Position numbers and translations under genes: made by a program. Shown here piece after piece: positions 43,543 to 53,164 of a DNA stretch of 64,000 nt. Within the stretch, counting starts at the first letter, position 1, and each line of letters opens with the position of its first letter. This stretch comes from an uncultured Microthrixaceae bacterium (GTDB taxonomy: Bacteria; Actinomycetota; Acidimicrobiia; Acidimicrobiales; DATDAH01), in assembly GCA_964635055.1 (NCBI GenBank), contig CAZWMT010000020.1:25145-89144 (forward strand). Reading direction: 5' to 3'. The notes beneath the pieces were generated by a model. That model was not told the DNA's origin and ran no database searches. It saw nothing but the letters and a program-made list of their open reading frames with translations.

Positions 43543-45746
43543 GACCCGGGGAGCACCCGGTAGGCGTCGTAGACGCTCTCGATCCCCTTGATGGAGCTGA
43601 TCACCGAGTCGAGATGGGACGGGTCTCCCAGCTCGAAGTCGAAGTGCATCTTGCACACCCGGTCGGCACCCGTCCGGGTGGTCGAGCTGAGGATGTTCAC
43701 CTGGTGCGCCGCGAACGCCGACGACACCTCGCCCAGCAGCGAGCGGCGGTCGAGCGCCTTCACCTCGATGGAGGCCACGAACATGCCGTTGTGGGCCCGG
43801 TCCCATTCGACCTCGATGAGGCGGTCGATCTGGCCGGCCATCAGCGACACGGCGTTGGCGCAGTCCGTGCGGTGCACCGACACCCCCCGGCCTCGGGTGA
43901 CGAAGCCCATGATCTCGTCGCCTGGCACCGGCGTGCAGCACCGGGACAGTCGCACGAGCACGTCGTCGAGGCCCTCGACGTGCACGCCGGCGCCGTCGGC
44001 CGACTTCCGCCGGCGGCGCACGGTGGTGGGCAGCTGCTCCTCGCGCTCGGGGTCGCCGCCGTGCAGCAGGCGGGTGGCCCGGGCCGCCACCGCCTGGGGG
44101 GACACGTGGCGCTCCCCCACCGCGGCGTAGAGCGCGTCGAGGTCGGCGTAGTTGAGGCTGGCGACCACGTCGGCGACCAACTTGGCGGCCGCCGGCGTGC
44201 GGATGGGGACACCCGCTCGGCGCAGGGCCTTCTGCACCTCGTCGCGGCCGGTGTCGATGGCGTCCTCACGCCGCTCCTGGCTGAACCACTGGCGGATCTT
44301 GTTGCCCGCCCGGCGGGTGACCACGACGTTCAGCCAGTCGGCCGAGGGGCCCGCGCTGCCGGTCTTGGCGGTGAAGATCTCCACGGTGGCACCCGACCGC
44401 AACGGTGTCTCGAGCGAGACCAGGCGACCGTCGACCTTCGCGCCGATGCAGGCGTGGCCCACCTCGGTGTGGATCGTGTACGCGAAGTCGATGGGCGTGG
44501 CGCCGTTCGGCAGCGTCACGACGTCGCCCTGCGGGGTGAAGACGTAGACCTCGTCCTGGTCGAGGTCGATCTTCAGGTTGGCCATGAACGCCGACGGGTC
44601 GGAGGTCTCCTCCTGCCAGTCGATGATGCGGTTGAGCCACACGGCGTCGCCGGCCGGCGACGGATCCTTGTAGCTCCAGTGGGCGGCCACCCCGATCTCG
44701 GCCCGGCCGTGCATCTCACGGGTGCGGATCTGCACCTCGAGCGGCTTGCCCTGCGGCCCGATCACCGTGGTGTGCAGTGACTGGTACAGGTTGAACTTGG
44801 GCATGGCCACGTAGTCCTTGAAGCGACCCTGCACCGGGTGCCACGTGCCGTGGATCGAGCCCAGAGCGGCGTAGCAGTCCTTCACCGTGCCGACGATCAC
44901 CCGGATGCCGACCAGGTCGAAGATCTCGTCGAACTCCCGCCCCTTCACCACCATCTTCTCGTAGATGCTCCACAGGTGCTTGGGTCGACCGGTGACCTCG
45001 GCGTCGATGCCCAACTCACCGAGGCGCTGGCGCACCTCTTCGAGGACCTGGGTGAGGTAGAGCTCGCGCTCGGGGGCGCGGATGGAGACCATGTGGTCGA
45101 TCTCGGCGTAGCGCTTGGGATGCAGCGCGGCGAAGGCCAGGTCCTCGAGCTGTTGCTTCATGTCCTGCATGCCGAAGCGGTGGGCCAGCGGTGCGTAGAC
45201 GTCGAGCGTCTCCTGGGCGGTGCGCTCCTGCTTCCACTCGGGCATCGCCGCGATGGTCCGCATGTTGTGCAGCCGGTCCGACAGCTTGATGATCAGCACC
45301 CGCAGGTCCTCGGCCACCGCCACGAGCATCTTGCGGATGGTGGCCGCCTGCTGCGCCTCCTTCGTCTCGAAGTCGAGACGTTCGAGCTTGGTGACCCCGT
45401 CGACGATCGAGGCGACCGTGGGGTTGAAGTCCCGCTCGATCTCCTCGAGGCTCACCAGGGTGTCCTCGACGGCATCGTGCAGCACCGCCGCGGCCACGGT
45501 GTCCTCGTCGAGGCCGAGGTCGGCGACGATGGTGGCCACCGCCAGCGGATGGGTGATGTACGGGTCGCCCGACTTGCGGAACTGGCCCTCGTGGGCATCG
45601 GCCGCCAGTGTGTAGGCCGCCTCGATGAGGGCGGTGGAGGCCTTGGGGTGGTGCCGCCGGAAGGTGTCGACCAGCGGCTTCAGCTCGATCGCCGCAGGGA
45701 CGCTGTGCCGCCGCCACGGGAGTACGCGATCGACGGTCGTGGCCAC
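43539..45746 (-). CDS. relA: Bifunctional (p)ppGpp synthetase/hydrolase
   Basis: H.GQ.RKSGDPYITHP, LHDAVED, YQSLHT, EVQIRT, TGS, CC.PVPGD, ACT domain. Confidence 0.97.
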   Translation of the reverse strand: MATTVDRVLPWRRHSVPAAIELKPLVDTFRRHHPKASTALIEAAYTLAADAHEGQFRKSGDPYITHPLAVATIVADLGLDEDTVAAAVLHDAVEDTLVSLEEIERDFNPTVASIVDGVTKLERLDFETKEAQQAATIRKMLVAVAEDLRVLIIKLSDRLHNMRTIAAMPEWKQERTAQETLDVYAPLAHRFGMQDMKQQLEDLAFAALHPKRYAEIDHMVSIRAPERELYLTQVLEEVRQRLGELGIDAEVTGRPKHLWSIYEKMVVKGREFDEIFDLVGIRVIVGTVKDCYAALGSIHGTWHPVQGRFKDYVAMPKFNLYQSLHTTVIGPQGKPLEVQIRTREMHGRAEIGVAAHWSYKDPSPAGDAVWLNRIIDWQEETSDPSAFMANLKIDLDQDEVYVFTPQGDVVTLPNGATPIDFAYTIHTEVGHACIGAKVDGRLVSLETPLRSGATVEIFTAKTGSAGPSADWLNVVVTRRAGNKIRQWFSQERREDAIDTGRDEVQKALRRAGVPIRTPAAAKLVADVVASLNYADLDALYAAVGERHVSPQAVAARATRLLHGGDPEREEQLPTTVRRRRKSADGAGVHVEGLDDVLVRLSRCCTPVPGDEIMGFVTRGRGVSVHRTDCANAVSLMAGQIDRLIEVEWDRAHNGMFVASIEVKALDRRSLLGEVSSAFAAHQVNILSSTTRTGADRVCKMHFDFELGDPSHLDSVISSIKGIESVYDAYRVLPGS

Positions 45747-45751
45747 AGTGG

Positions 45752-46282
45752 TCAGTCGTAGGTGAGCAGGGACATGACGTCCTTGCCGTCGAGCCTGCTG
45801 CGGCCGTCGAGGAACGCCAGCTCCATCAGGAAGCCCATGCCCACCACTTGGCCCCCGAGCTTCTCGACCAGGCTGGCCGTGGCCGCCGCGGTGCCGCCGG
45901 TGGCCAGCACGTCGTCGATGATGGCCACCCGGTGGCCGTCGCCGACGGCGTCGCGGTGCACCTCGAGGGTGTCGGTGCCGTACTCCAGCTCGTACTCCTG
46001 GAACTCGGTCTCGTGGGGCAGCTTGCCCGGCTTGCGCACCGGGACGAAGGCCGCGCCCAACGTGTAGGCGACCGGCGCCCCCAGGATGAACCCGCGGGCC
46101 TCGATCCCGATCACCCGGTCGACCTCATGGCCGGCGAAGTGCTCGGCGAGGGCGTCGATGGTGAAGCGGAAGGCCTCGACATCGGCCAGCAACGGCGAGA
46201 TGTCCTTGAAGATGATGCCGGGCGTGGGGAATCCCGGGATGTCGCGGATGTGGTCCTTGAGCCATTCGGAGTCGGCCGCCAT
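45752..46282 (-). CDS. apt: Adenine phosphoribosyltransferase
   Basis: [33 protein letters not shown]. Confidence 0.97.
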   Translation of the reverse strand: MAADSEWLKDHIRDIPGFPTPGIIFKDISPLLADVEAFRFTIDALAEHFAGHEVDRVIGIEARGFILGAPVAYTLGAAFVPVRKPGKLPHETEFQEYELEYGTDTLEVHRDAVGDGHRVAIIDDVLATGGTAAATASLVEKLGGQVVGMGFLMELAFLDGRSRLDGKDVMSLLTYD

Positions 46283-46326
46283 CCGCCCATCTTAGGGGGG
46301 CCCGGGGCCGGCTCAGACGACGGCGC

Positions 46327-47493
46327 TCACCGCTTCTTCTTCTTGCGCGGCCGGGGCGGGATCACCGTGCCCCCGGGAGTGGTCGACGGTCGTGCCAGCG
46401 GGTCGACGGGGGCGTCGGATCCCCCCTTCGCCGTCTTGGCGCCGCCCTTGGCCGCGCCGACCCCTGCGGGCACGGGCGCACCCCGCAGCGACGACACCGA
46501 CGCGTGACGGATCCCGGTCACCGGCACCGGCCCGCCGTAGGCCCGCTCGAGGCGCTCGCGGAGCGCCCGGTTCCGGGGCTCGCGCTCCTTCAGGTGGGAG
46601 ACGAGGCTGGCGGCGACGACCAGCGAGGAGTACGCGCCGCTGAGCAGGCCGACGAACAGCGCGAACCCGAACTCCTCGAGGCTCACCGCACCCAGCAGGT
46701 ACGCACCGATGAGCAGCAGCGAGATCACCGGCACGATGGTGACGAAGGTGGTGTTGAGCGACCGCATGAGGGTCTGGTTCAACGACAGGTTCATCAGCCC
46801 GGTGTAGGTGGTGCGGTTGGCCAGGCCGACGCGCGCCTGGTTCTCCCGCACCTTGTCGAACACCACGATGGTGTCGTAGAGCGAGAACCCGAGGATGGTG
46901 AGGAACGCCACCACCGTGGCCGGCGTGACCACGATGGCGAACACCGAGTAGACGCCGACGCAGATGACGATGTCGTGGACCACCGCGACGAGCGCGCCGA
47001 TGGCCATGCGCCACTCGAGGCGCAGGGCGATGTACAGGCCGAGCACGATGAAGAAGATGACGAGGGCGCGCACGGCCTTCTCGGTGATGTTGTCGCCCCA
47101 CGAGGGGCCCACCGTGCTGACGCTGATCTCGCCGGGCTCCACCTGCGCGGTCTCGGAGAGGAGCTCGGTGATCTCGCCGCTGCGGTCGACCGCATCGACG
47201 CCGGCCTGCACCCGGATCACCTGGTCGCCCGACTGGTTGGTGAGCGTCTGGATCTTGGCGTCGCCCTCGTCGACGGTCACCATCGCGCTGCGGACGTCGG
47301 CGATGGACGTCTGCTCGCTGGGGAACTCCCAGACACCGCCGCCCGAGAAGTCGATGCCCAGGTTGAGGCCCCGGGTGAACAGCGACACGACACTGATGAT
47401 CACCAGCACGATCGACAGCGGGATGCCCACCCGCCACAGCTTGCGGAAGTCGTAGTCGTTCTCGCCCCGATAGAGGCGGGACACCGTGCTCAT
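46327..47493 (-). CDS. secF: Protein translocase subunit SecF
   Basis: GIDFSGG, VGPSWG, HD, SLYDTIVVFDKVREN, RSLNT. Confidence 0.96.
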   Translation of the reverse strand: MSTVSRLYRGENDYDFRKLWRVGIPLSIVLVIISVVSLFTRGLNLGIDFSGGGVWEFPSEQTSIADVRSAMVTVDEGDAKIQTLTNQSGDQVIRVQAGVDAVDRSGEITELLSETAQVEPGEISVSTVGPSWGDNITEKAVRALVIFFIVLGLYIALRLEWRMAIGALVAVVHDIVICVGVYSVFAIVVTPATVVAFLTILGFSLYDTIVVFDKVRENQARVGLANRTTYTGLMNLSLNQTLMRSLNTTFVTIVPVISLLLIGAYLLGAVSLEEFGFALFVGLLSGAYSSLVVAASLVSHLKEREPRNRALRERLERAYGGPVPVTGIRHASVSSLRGAPVPAGVGAAKGGAKTAKGGSDAPVDPLARPSTTPGGTVIPPRPRKKKKR

Positions 47494-47558
47494 GTCTCCC
47501 GCTCCTGTTCGCTTCGCTCACGGGCCTCTCGGGCCACGCCCTCGTGCCTCGGCCTCAT
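47490..47558 (-). repeat. MIRU-like 65-bp unit encoding coupled micro-ORF MRPRHEGVAREARERSEQERET
   Basis: ATGA overlaps with the secD stop and the secF start; homologous to the ruvA/ruvB units. Confidence 0.8.
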
Positions 47559-49348
47559 GTCGCGGCCTCCTCGGCCAGGTCGGGCGCGACAGGGTCGGTG
47601 TCACGCCGCTCGGGGATGCCGAACCAGGCCGGGTGCGTCCCGAACCGCCGGCTGCGGACCATCAGCGCCACCATCGGGCGCAGCAGGAAGTAGAACGCGA
47701 TCAGGTCGAGGAGGGCGGCCAGGCCCAGGTAGAAGGCGAAGCCCCGCACCGCGCCCACGGTCAGGAAGTACAGGATGGCGGCGCCGATGAGCGAGGCCGA
47801 GTCGGCCTTGACGATGGTGGAGAACGCCGACGAGAACGAGCGGTCGACCGACGAGCGCAGGGTGCGCCCGTTGTACACGTCTTCTTTGAGGTGCTCGTAG
47901 TAGACGACGTTCGAGTCCAGGGAGATCCCGATCGACACGATGATGCCGGTCACGCCGGCGAGGGTGAGGGCCAGGCCCCGCGTCTCGCCCAGGTAGGCGA
48001 TGATCGTCCAGAGCATCATGGCGCCGGACAGCAGGCTGATTATGGCGACCACGCCGAGCAGCCGGTAGTAGAGCACCATGAACAACGTGGCGATGCCGAG
48101 GCCGATGAGGCCGGCGATGAGGCCGGCGTGCAGTGCGTCGGTGCCGAGCGTGGCCGAGACCGTCTGGGTCTGCTGTGGTTCGAGCTCGACCGGCAGCGCG
48201 CCGTAGCGGAGCACCAGGGCGAGGTCCTTGGCGCTGCTCTCGTCGAAGTTCCCGGTGATCTGGATGCGGTCGCGCTCGAAGGAGGGCTGGTTGATGGTGG
48301 GGGCGGAGATCACGATGCCGTCGAGGACGATCGCCAGCTGGCGGGAGGGGCAGGTGGGTGCCCCGGTGTTGCACTCGGCCGCGACGATGTTGAACTTGTC
48401 GATGCCGTCCTCGCCGCCCTTGAAGATCGGGTTGACCACCCAGGAGTTCTGCGGGAACGTGGCGCTGGCGTCGCTGAGGGCGTCGCCCTTCAGCGCGGTG
48501 GGGCCCAGCCAGTAGAGGTTGACCCAGCACTTCGTCGGATCGGCGGGGTCGGCGTCGCACTTGGGGTCGACCTCGGGCAGGATCACGGATTGGCGGGCCT
48601 TGTCGTCCACCCGCCTCGTGATGCCGTTGCGGTTCACGTCGGTGGGCGGGGTGGTGCAACCGGCCGCGGCGTCGCCGGCGGCCGCGGGGTCGGCGGGCAG
48701 GGCCGTGGTGTCCGTGGTCGACGCCGCCGTCGTCGGGGTGGTCGCCGTCGGATCGGTCACCGCCGGCGCGGTCGCGGTGGTGGCCGGCGTGGTCGTGGTG
48801 GTGTCGGCCTGGAGGCCGGCCGCGCTCTCGCCGACCACCGCTCCGGCCCTAGGCAGCCCCACCTCGTTGTCGGTGGCGGAGGAGCCGGTGGTGGCCACGG
48901 TCGTGGTGGTGGATCCGCCGGCCGTCGTCGAGGTCGTCCCTCCGGGTGCAGTCGTGGAGGTCGTGGACGAGGAGGTGGCGTCGGCCCCGGTGCCAGGCAC
49001 CGGAAGCACCTGGCACACAGGACGGAACCGCAGCTCGGCGGTCTGGCCCACCAGGTCGAGCGCCCGGCTCTGGTTCTCCACGCCGGGCAGCTGCACCAGG
49101 ATGGTGTCGCCCTGGCGCGAGATGTCGGGCTCGGCCACGCCGAGCGCGTCGACGCGACTCCGGATGATGTCGATGGCCTGGTCGAGCTGGTCGCTCGGCA
49201 CGTCGTTCGCCGGTTGCAGCACCACCGACACCCCGCCCTGCAGGTCGAGGCCGAGCAGCGGCTTGTAGCCGGCGACGAGGACGGCCACGAACGACCCGAC
49301 GGAGATGACCAGGAACGCGATGAGACCGCCGACGCCCTTGCGCTTCAT
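47555..49348 (-). CDS. secD: Protein translocase subunit SecD
   Basis: LGLDLQGG, RVDALGVAEP, VQLPG, LRYGALP, VSATLG, DSNVVYYE. Confidence 0.96.
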   Translation of the reverse strand: MKRKGVGGLIAFLVISVGSFVAVLVAGYKPLLGLDLQGGVSVVLQPANDVPSDQLDQAIDIIRSRVDALGVAEPDISRQGDTILVQLPGVENQSRALDLVGQTAELRFRPVCQVLPVPGTGADATSSSTTSTTAPGGTTSTTAGGSTTTTVATTGSSATDNEVGLPRAGAVVGESAAGLQADTTTTTPATTATAPAVTDPTATTPTTAASTTDTTALPADPAAAGDAAAGCTTPPTDVNRNGITRRVDDKARQSVILPEVDPKCDADPADPTKCWVNLYWLGPTALKGDALSDASATFPQNSWVVNPIFKGGEDGIDKFNIVAAECNTGAPTCPSRQLAIVLDGIVISAPTINQPSFERDRIQITGNFDESSAKDLALVLRYGALPVELEPQQTQTVSATLGTDALHAGLIAGLIGLGIATLFMVLYYRLLGVVAIISLLSGAMMLWTIIAYLGETRGLALTLAGVTGIIVSIGISLDSNVVYYEHLKEDVYNGRTLRSSVDRSFSSAFSTIVKADSASLIGAAILYFLTVGAVRGFAFYLGLAALLDLIAFYFLLRPMVALMVRSRRFGTHPAWFGIPERRDTDPVAPDLAEEAAT

Positions 49349-49382
49349 GCTCTGGTCCCGTCAGGTCGTGCCGGCAGGGCCA

Positions 49383-49676
49383 TCACGCCTTGCCGTCGGC
49401 GTCGTCATCGGTGTCGTCGTCGGGCGACTCGTACTCGACCAGCTCGGCGATGGCGTCGCGGGACATGTGGACCTCGACGCCGTCGGCCACCTCGAGCCGC
49501 AGGACGTCGCCGTCGATGGCGGTGACCACGCCGTAGATGCCACCGGTCGTCATGACGTCATCACCCACTTCCAGGGATGCGACCAGCTCTCGGTGGTCCT
49601 TGACCTTCTGTTGCTGGGGGCGGATCAGCACGAAGTAGAAGACCCCCATCATCACGACGATCAGGACGATATTCAC
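49383..49676 (-). CDS. yajC: Preprotein translocase subunit YajC
   Basis: FYFVLIRPQQ, GDDVMTTGGIYG. Confidence 0.95.
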   Translation of the reverse strand: MNIVLIVVMMGVFYFVLIRPQQQKVKDHRELVASLEVGDDVMTTGGIYGVVTAIDGDVLRLEVADGVEVHMSRDAIAELVEYESPDDDTDDDADGKA

Positions 49677-49744
49677 AGCGAATCCGGGAGGGTCGGCGAC
49701 AGGGGCGAGCCGGGACGAGAGGCCCCGGCGAACGGCGGGTCAGG

Positions 49745-50863
49745 CTAGCCCCAAACGGCGCGGATGTCGGATCGCAGCGCGGCGAGTGTGCCCGCCCGGA
49801 TCGCGGCCCGAGCGGCGCGCACCAGCGAGAACGTCCATGCGAGGTTGTGCAGCGTCACCAGGCGGGCCCCGGTGGGCTCCGACACCATGAGCAGGTGGCG
49901 CAGATATCCCCGCGACCACCGGGCACAGACCACGCAGCTGCAGTCCCCGTCGAGCGGGCCGTCGTCGGCGGCATTGGCCGCCGCCTTCAGGTTGTACCGG
50001 CCGGCCCCGGTGAGGATCGTGCCGTGGCGGGCGAAGCGCGTGGGCAGCACGCAGTCGAACAGGTCGACGCCGAGCGCGATCGCCTCGACCAGCCCGACGG
50101 GGTCGCCCACCCCCATCAGGTACCTCGGCTGGTCCTCCGGGAGCATCGCGGTGGTGGCCGCCAGCGCCGGCAACATCAGGTCGCGAGGCTCGCCGACCGA
50201 CAGCCCGCCGATCCCGTAACCGTCGAAGCCGACCGCCACCGTCGCCTCGGCGCTCTCGGCCCGGAGCCCGGGGTCGACGCCACCCTGCACGATGCCGAAC
50301 TGCGCCTGGCCTGCGGGCGCCCGCCCGGAGGCGACCGCGTCGCCGTGCGCGACGCGGGCCCGGCGGGCCCAGTCGGCGGTGCGACGCACGGCGGTGCGCA
50401 CCGCGTCCTCCGGTGCCGGCCAGGGCGGGCACACGTCGAGCACCATCGTGATGTCGGCCCCGAGGGCGGCCTGCACGTCGACCGCGTCCTCAGGGGTGAG
50501 GCGGTGGGTGCCGCCGTCGTAGGTCGAGCGGAAGGTGACGCCCTCGTCGTCCACCGACGGGTCGAGCGAGAACACCTGGTAGCCGCCCGAATCGGTCAGC
50601 ACGTGGCCGTCCCAGCCCATGAACCGGTGCAGGCCGCCGAGTCGCTCGACCACCGTCGCTCCGGGTCGCAACATGAGGTGGTAGGTGTTGGCCAGCACGA
50701 CCGATGCACCCAGGTCCTCCAGGTCGGGGCTGGCCAGTGTGCGCACCGCGCCACGGGTGCCCACCGGCATGAACGTGGGCGTCTCGATGGTGCCGCGGGC
50801 GGTGTGCACGGTTCCCACCCGGGCCGGGCCGTCGGTGGCGGCGATGGCCATGGTCAGGGTCAT
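49745..50863 (-). CDS. tgt: tRNA-guanine transglycosylase
   Basis: TPTFMPVGT, NTYHL, TDSGGYQVFS, GGLSVGE, RYLMGVG, FDCVLPTR, CxCxxC...H; ATG 50863 overlaps the queA stop. Confidence 0.97.
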   Translation of the reverse strand: MTLTMAIAATDGPARVGTVHTARGTIETPTFMPVGTRGAVRTLASPDLEDLGASVVLANTYHLMLRPGATVVERLGGLHRFMGWDGHVLTDSGGYQVFSLDPSVDDEGVTFRSTYDGGTHRLTPEDAVDVQAALGADITMVLDVCPPWPAPEDAVRTAVRRTADWARRARVAHGDAVASGRAPAGQAQFGIVQGGVDPGLRAESAEATVAVGFDGYGIGGLSVGEPRDLMLPALAATTAMLPEDQPRYLMGVGDPVGLVEAIALGVDLFDCVLPTRFARHGTILTGAGRYNLKAAANAADDGPLDGDCSCVVCARWSRGYLRHLLMVSEPTGARLVTLHNLAWTFSLVRAARAAIRAGTLAALRSDIRAVWG

Positions 50864-51918
50864 CGTGGCGGACCGTCGGCAGAGGGGGGCCCGGGCAGGA
50901 ACATGGCGTCGCCGAACGACAGGAACCGGTACCCGGACGCCAATGCAGTCTCGTAGAGCAGCCGCCACCGCTCGCCGACGAACGCGTCGATCATCACGAG
51001 CAGCGACGACCGGGGCACGTGGAAGTTGGTCAGCAGGCCGCCGACCACCTGGAACCGGTGCCCATGGCGGATGTAGAGGTCGGTCGGGCCCTCGAGCGCG
51101 CCGGTGACCGCCGCGCTCTCGAGCGCCCGCACCGTGGTGGTGCCCACTGCGACCACTCTGGTCGCCGCCCGGCACGCCGCCATCGTCTCGGCCGGCACCC
51201 GGTAGTGCTCGGTGTGGACCCGGTGGTCGGACACGTCGGTCGCGGTGATCGGGCGGAACGTGCCCAGCCCCACCGCCAGGTCGAGCGTCGCGATCGTCGC
51301 GCCGCGCGCCACGCACCGGTCCAGCACGTCCTGGGTGAGGTGCAGCCCCGCGGTCGGGGCGGCCACCGAGGCGGCTCGGCGGTTGTAGACGGTCTGGTAC
51401 CGCTCGGGGTCGGTCAGCCGCTCGTGGATGTAGGGCGGCAGCGGCACCTCGCCGGCGGCCAGCACCTCCGCCTCGGGACGCAGCAGGCGCACCGTGCGCC
51501 GGCCCTCGCCGAGGGCCCGGCCCACCTCCACCAGCTCGACACCGTGTCCCGCCGGGGAGGCGGCCGCACACAGCCGTACCCCGGCGGCCACCCGCCGGCT
51601 GGGACGCACCAACGCCTCCCACCGGTCGTCGTCGAGGCGCTCCAGCAGCAACACCTCCACGTGGCCGCCGGTGGGCTTGCGCAGCGTCAGCCGAGCCGGG
51701 AGCACCCGGGTGTCGTTGAGCACCAGCAGGTCGCCGGGGCCGAGCAGCTCGGGCAGGTCTCGGATGTGGCGGTGGCCCGGCTCGGCGCCCGTGCCGGCAT
51801 CGACCAGCAGGCGCGCCGCGTCGCGGGGTTCGATGGGCCGCTGCGCGATCGCCGAGGGCGGGAGGTCGTAGTCGAACGCGCTTGTCGACGTGGCGCGCTC
51901 AGGCACCTCGATACGCAT
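50860..51918 (-). CDS. queA: S-adenosylmethionine:tRNA ribosyltransferase-isomerase
   Basis: FDYDLP..IAQ, NDTRV, PLPPYI, YQTV, AAPTAGLH, TNFH.P.SSL, YRFLSFGD; start approximate. Confidence 0.96.
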   Translation of the reverse strand: MRIEVPERATSTSAFDYDLPPSAIAQRPIEPRDAARLLVDAGTGAEPGHRHIRDLPELLGPGDLLVLNDTRVLPARLTLRKPTGGHVEVLLLERLDDDRWEALVRPSRRVAAGVRLCAAASPAGHGVELVEVGRALGEGRRTVRLLRPEAEVLAAGEVPLPPYIHERLTDPERYQTVYNRRAASVAAPTAGLHLTQDVLDRCVARGATIATLDLAVGLGTFRPITATDVSDHRVHTEHYRVPAETMAACRAATRVVAVGTTTVRALESAAVTGALEGPTDLYIRHGHRFQVVGGLLTNFHVPRSSLLVMIDAFVGERWRLLYETALASGYRFLSFGDAMFLPGPPSADGPPR

Positions 51919-53164
51919 CGAGCGCCCTGAGGGCGGTGTGGGTGAGCAGTCGCACGCCCAGCCCGATCGCCGCCTCGTCCACATCGAACGTGCTGGCGTG
52001 CAGATCGAGGCGCCGGCCGGCGCCCGGGGGACGCACCCCCAGGCGGGCGTACGACCCGGGTGCCCGGTCGAGGAACCACGAGAAGTCCTCGTTCCCCACG
52101 CTCTGGGCGGTGGGGACGACGGCATCGGGGCCGAGGGCCAACCGGGCGCCGTCGGCGAACACCTCGGTGGCCGTGGCGTCGTTGTCGGTGGGCGGCGAGC
52201 CCCGCACGTAGTCGAGCTCGTAGGTGGCGCCGAAGGGGTCGACGATCGACGCCAGCAGTCGCTCGATGATCGTCGGCGCATCGTCCCAGGTGGCCCGGCC
52301 CTGCGACCGCAGCGTGGCCTGCAGCACCGCGCTCGACGGGATCACGTTGGCCGCGTGCCCGCTCTGCACCGAGCCGAACACCAGCGTGGGAGCGTCGCGG
52401 AGATCCGAGAGCTTGGCGAACCCCGCCGGGAGGTCGCAGATGATGCGCCCCGCGATGTGGACGAGGTCGGCGGTGAGGTGCGGGCGCGCCGTGTGCCCTC
52501 CGGGCCCCTGCAGCCGGATGGTGATGCGGTCGGCCGCCGCGGTGATCGGCCCGACCCGCATGCCCACCAGACCGACGTCGAGCGACGGGTCGCAGTGCAC
52601 CGCGTAGATGACGTCGACGCCGTCCATCACGTCGGTGCGGGCCAGGAGGTCGGCGCCGCCCGGCATCGCCTCCTCGGCGGGCTGGAACAGCAGTCGCACC
52701 CGGCCGGGCAGCGCCCGTTCGGCCTGCAGCTCGGCCAGGGCGAGGGTGGTGCCGAGGAGGATCGCCGTGTGCACGTCGTGTCCGCAGGCGTGGCACACCC
52801 CTGGCACCGTCGAGCGGTAGGGCACGTCCTTCTCGTCATCGAGGGGCAGCGCGTCGATGTCGGCCCGCAGCGCCACGGTGGGGCCGGCGGTGGCGTCACC
52901 GAGATCGAGCACGAGGCCCGTGTCGGTCGCGAGCGCACGCGGCGCCAGGTCGGCCACCACCAGCCGCGAGCTCACCAGCGCGGTGGTCTCGTGCTCGTCC
53001 CAGCTGAGCTCCGGGTGGGCGTGCAGCTGGCGCCGGAGGGCGATCAGCTCCTCCTCGTGGCCGGCCAGGAACTTGTCGAGGTGCTCGTCGAGGCGTGCGG
53101 GCAGATCGTGGTCCGCGCCGACACCGGGGCCCCCGTCGATGGATGCCTGCGGGTTCGCGGTCAT
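51899..53164 (-). CDS. M20D family amidohydrolase
   Basis: RRQLHAHPELS, LRADIDALP, HACGHDVH, FQPAEE, GGHTARPH, EDF. Confidence 0.92.
   Translation of the reverse strand: MTANPQASIDGGPGVGADHDLPARLDEHLDKFLAGHEEELIALRRQLHAHPELSWDEHETTALVSSRLVVADLAPRALATDTGLVLDLGDATAGPTVALRADIDALPLDDEKDVPYRSTVPGVCHACGHDVHTAILLGTTLALAELQAERALPGRVRLLFQPAEEAMPGGADLLARTDVMDGVDVIYAVHCDPSLDVGLVGMRVGPITAAADRITIRLQGPGGHTARPHLTADLVHIAGRIICDLPAGFAKLSDLRDAPTLVFGSVQSGHAANVIPSSAVLQATLRSQGRATWDDAPTIIERLLASIVDPFGATYELDYVRGSPPTDNDATATEVFADGARLALGPDAVVPTAQSVGNEDFSWFLDRAPGSYARLGVRPPGAGRRLDLHASTFDVDEAAIGLGVRLLTHTALRALDAYRGA

Noticed and set aside
49349..49386. Micro-ORF between yajC and secD
   Set aside because: It stops at 49361 without overlapping the secD start, so it is not coupled at both ends
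49745..51622. 625-aa ORF suggesting a Tgt fusion (similar over-long ORFs for pyrC, aroE, ruvA, ruvC, queA, efp)
   Set aside because: The extensions are alternative frames overlapping neighbouring genes; true starts coincide with stop/start overlaps or SD sites
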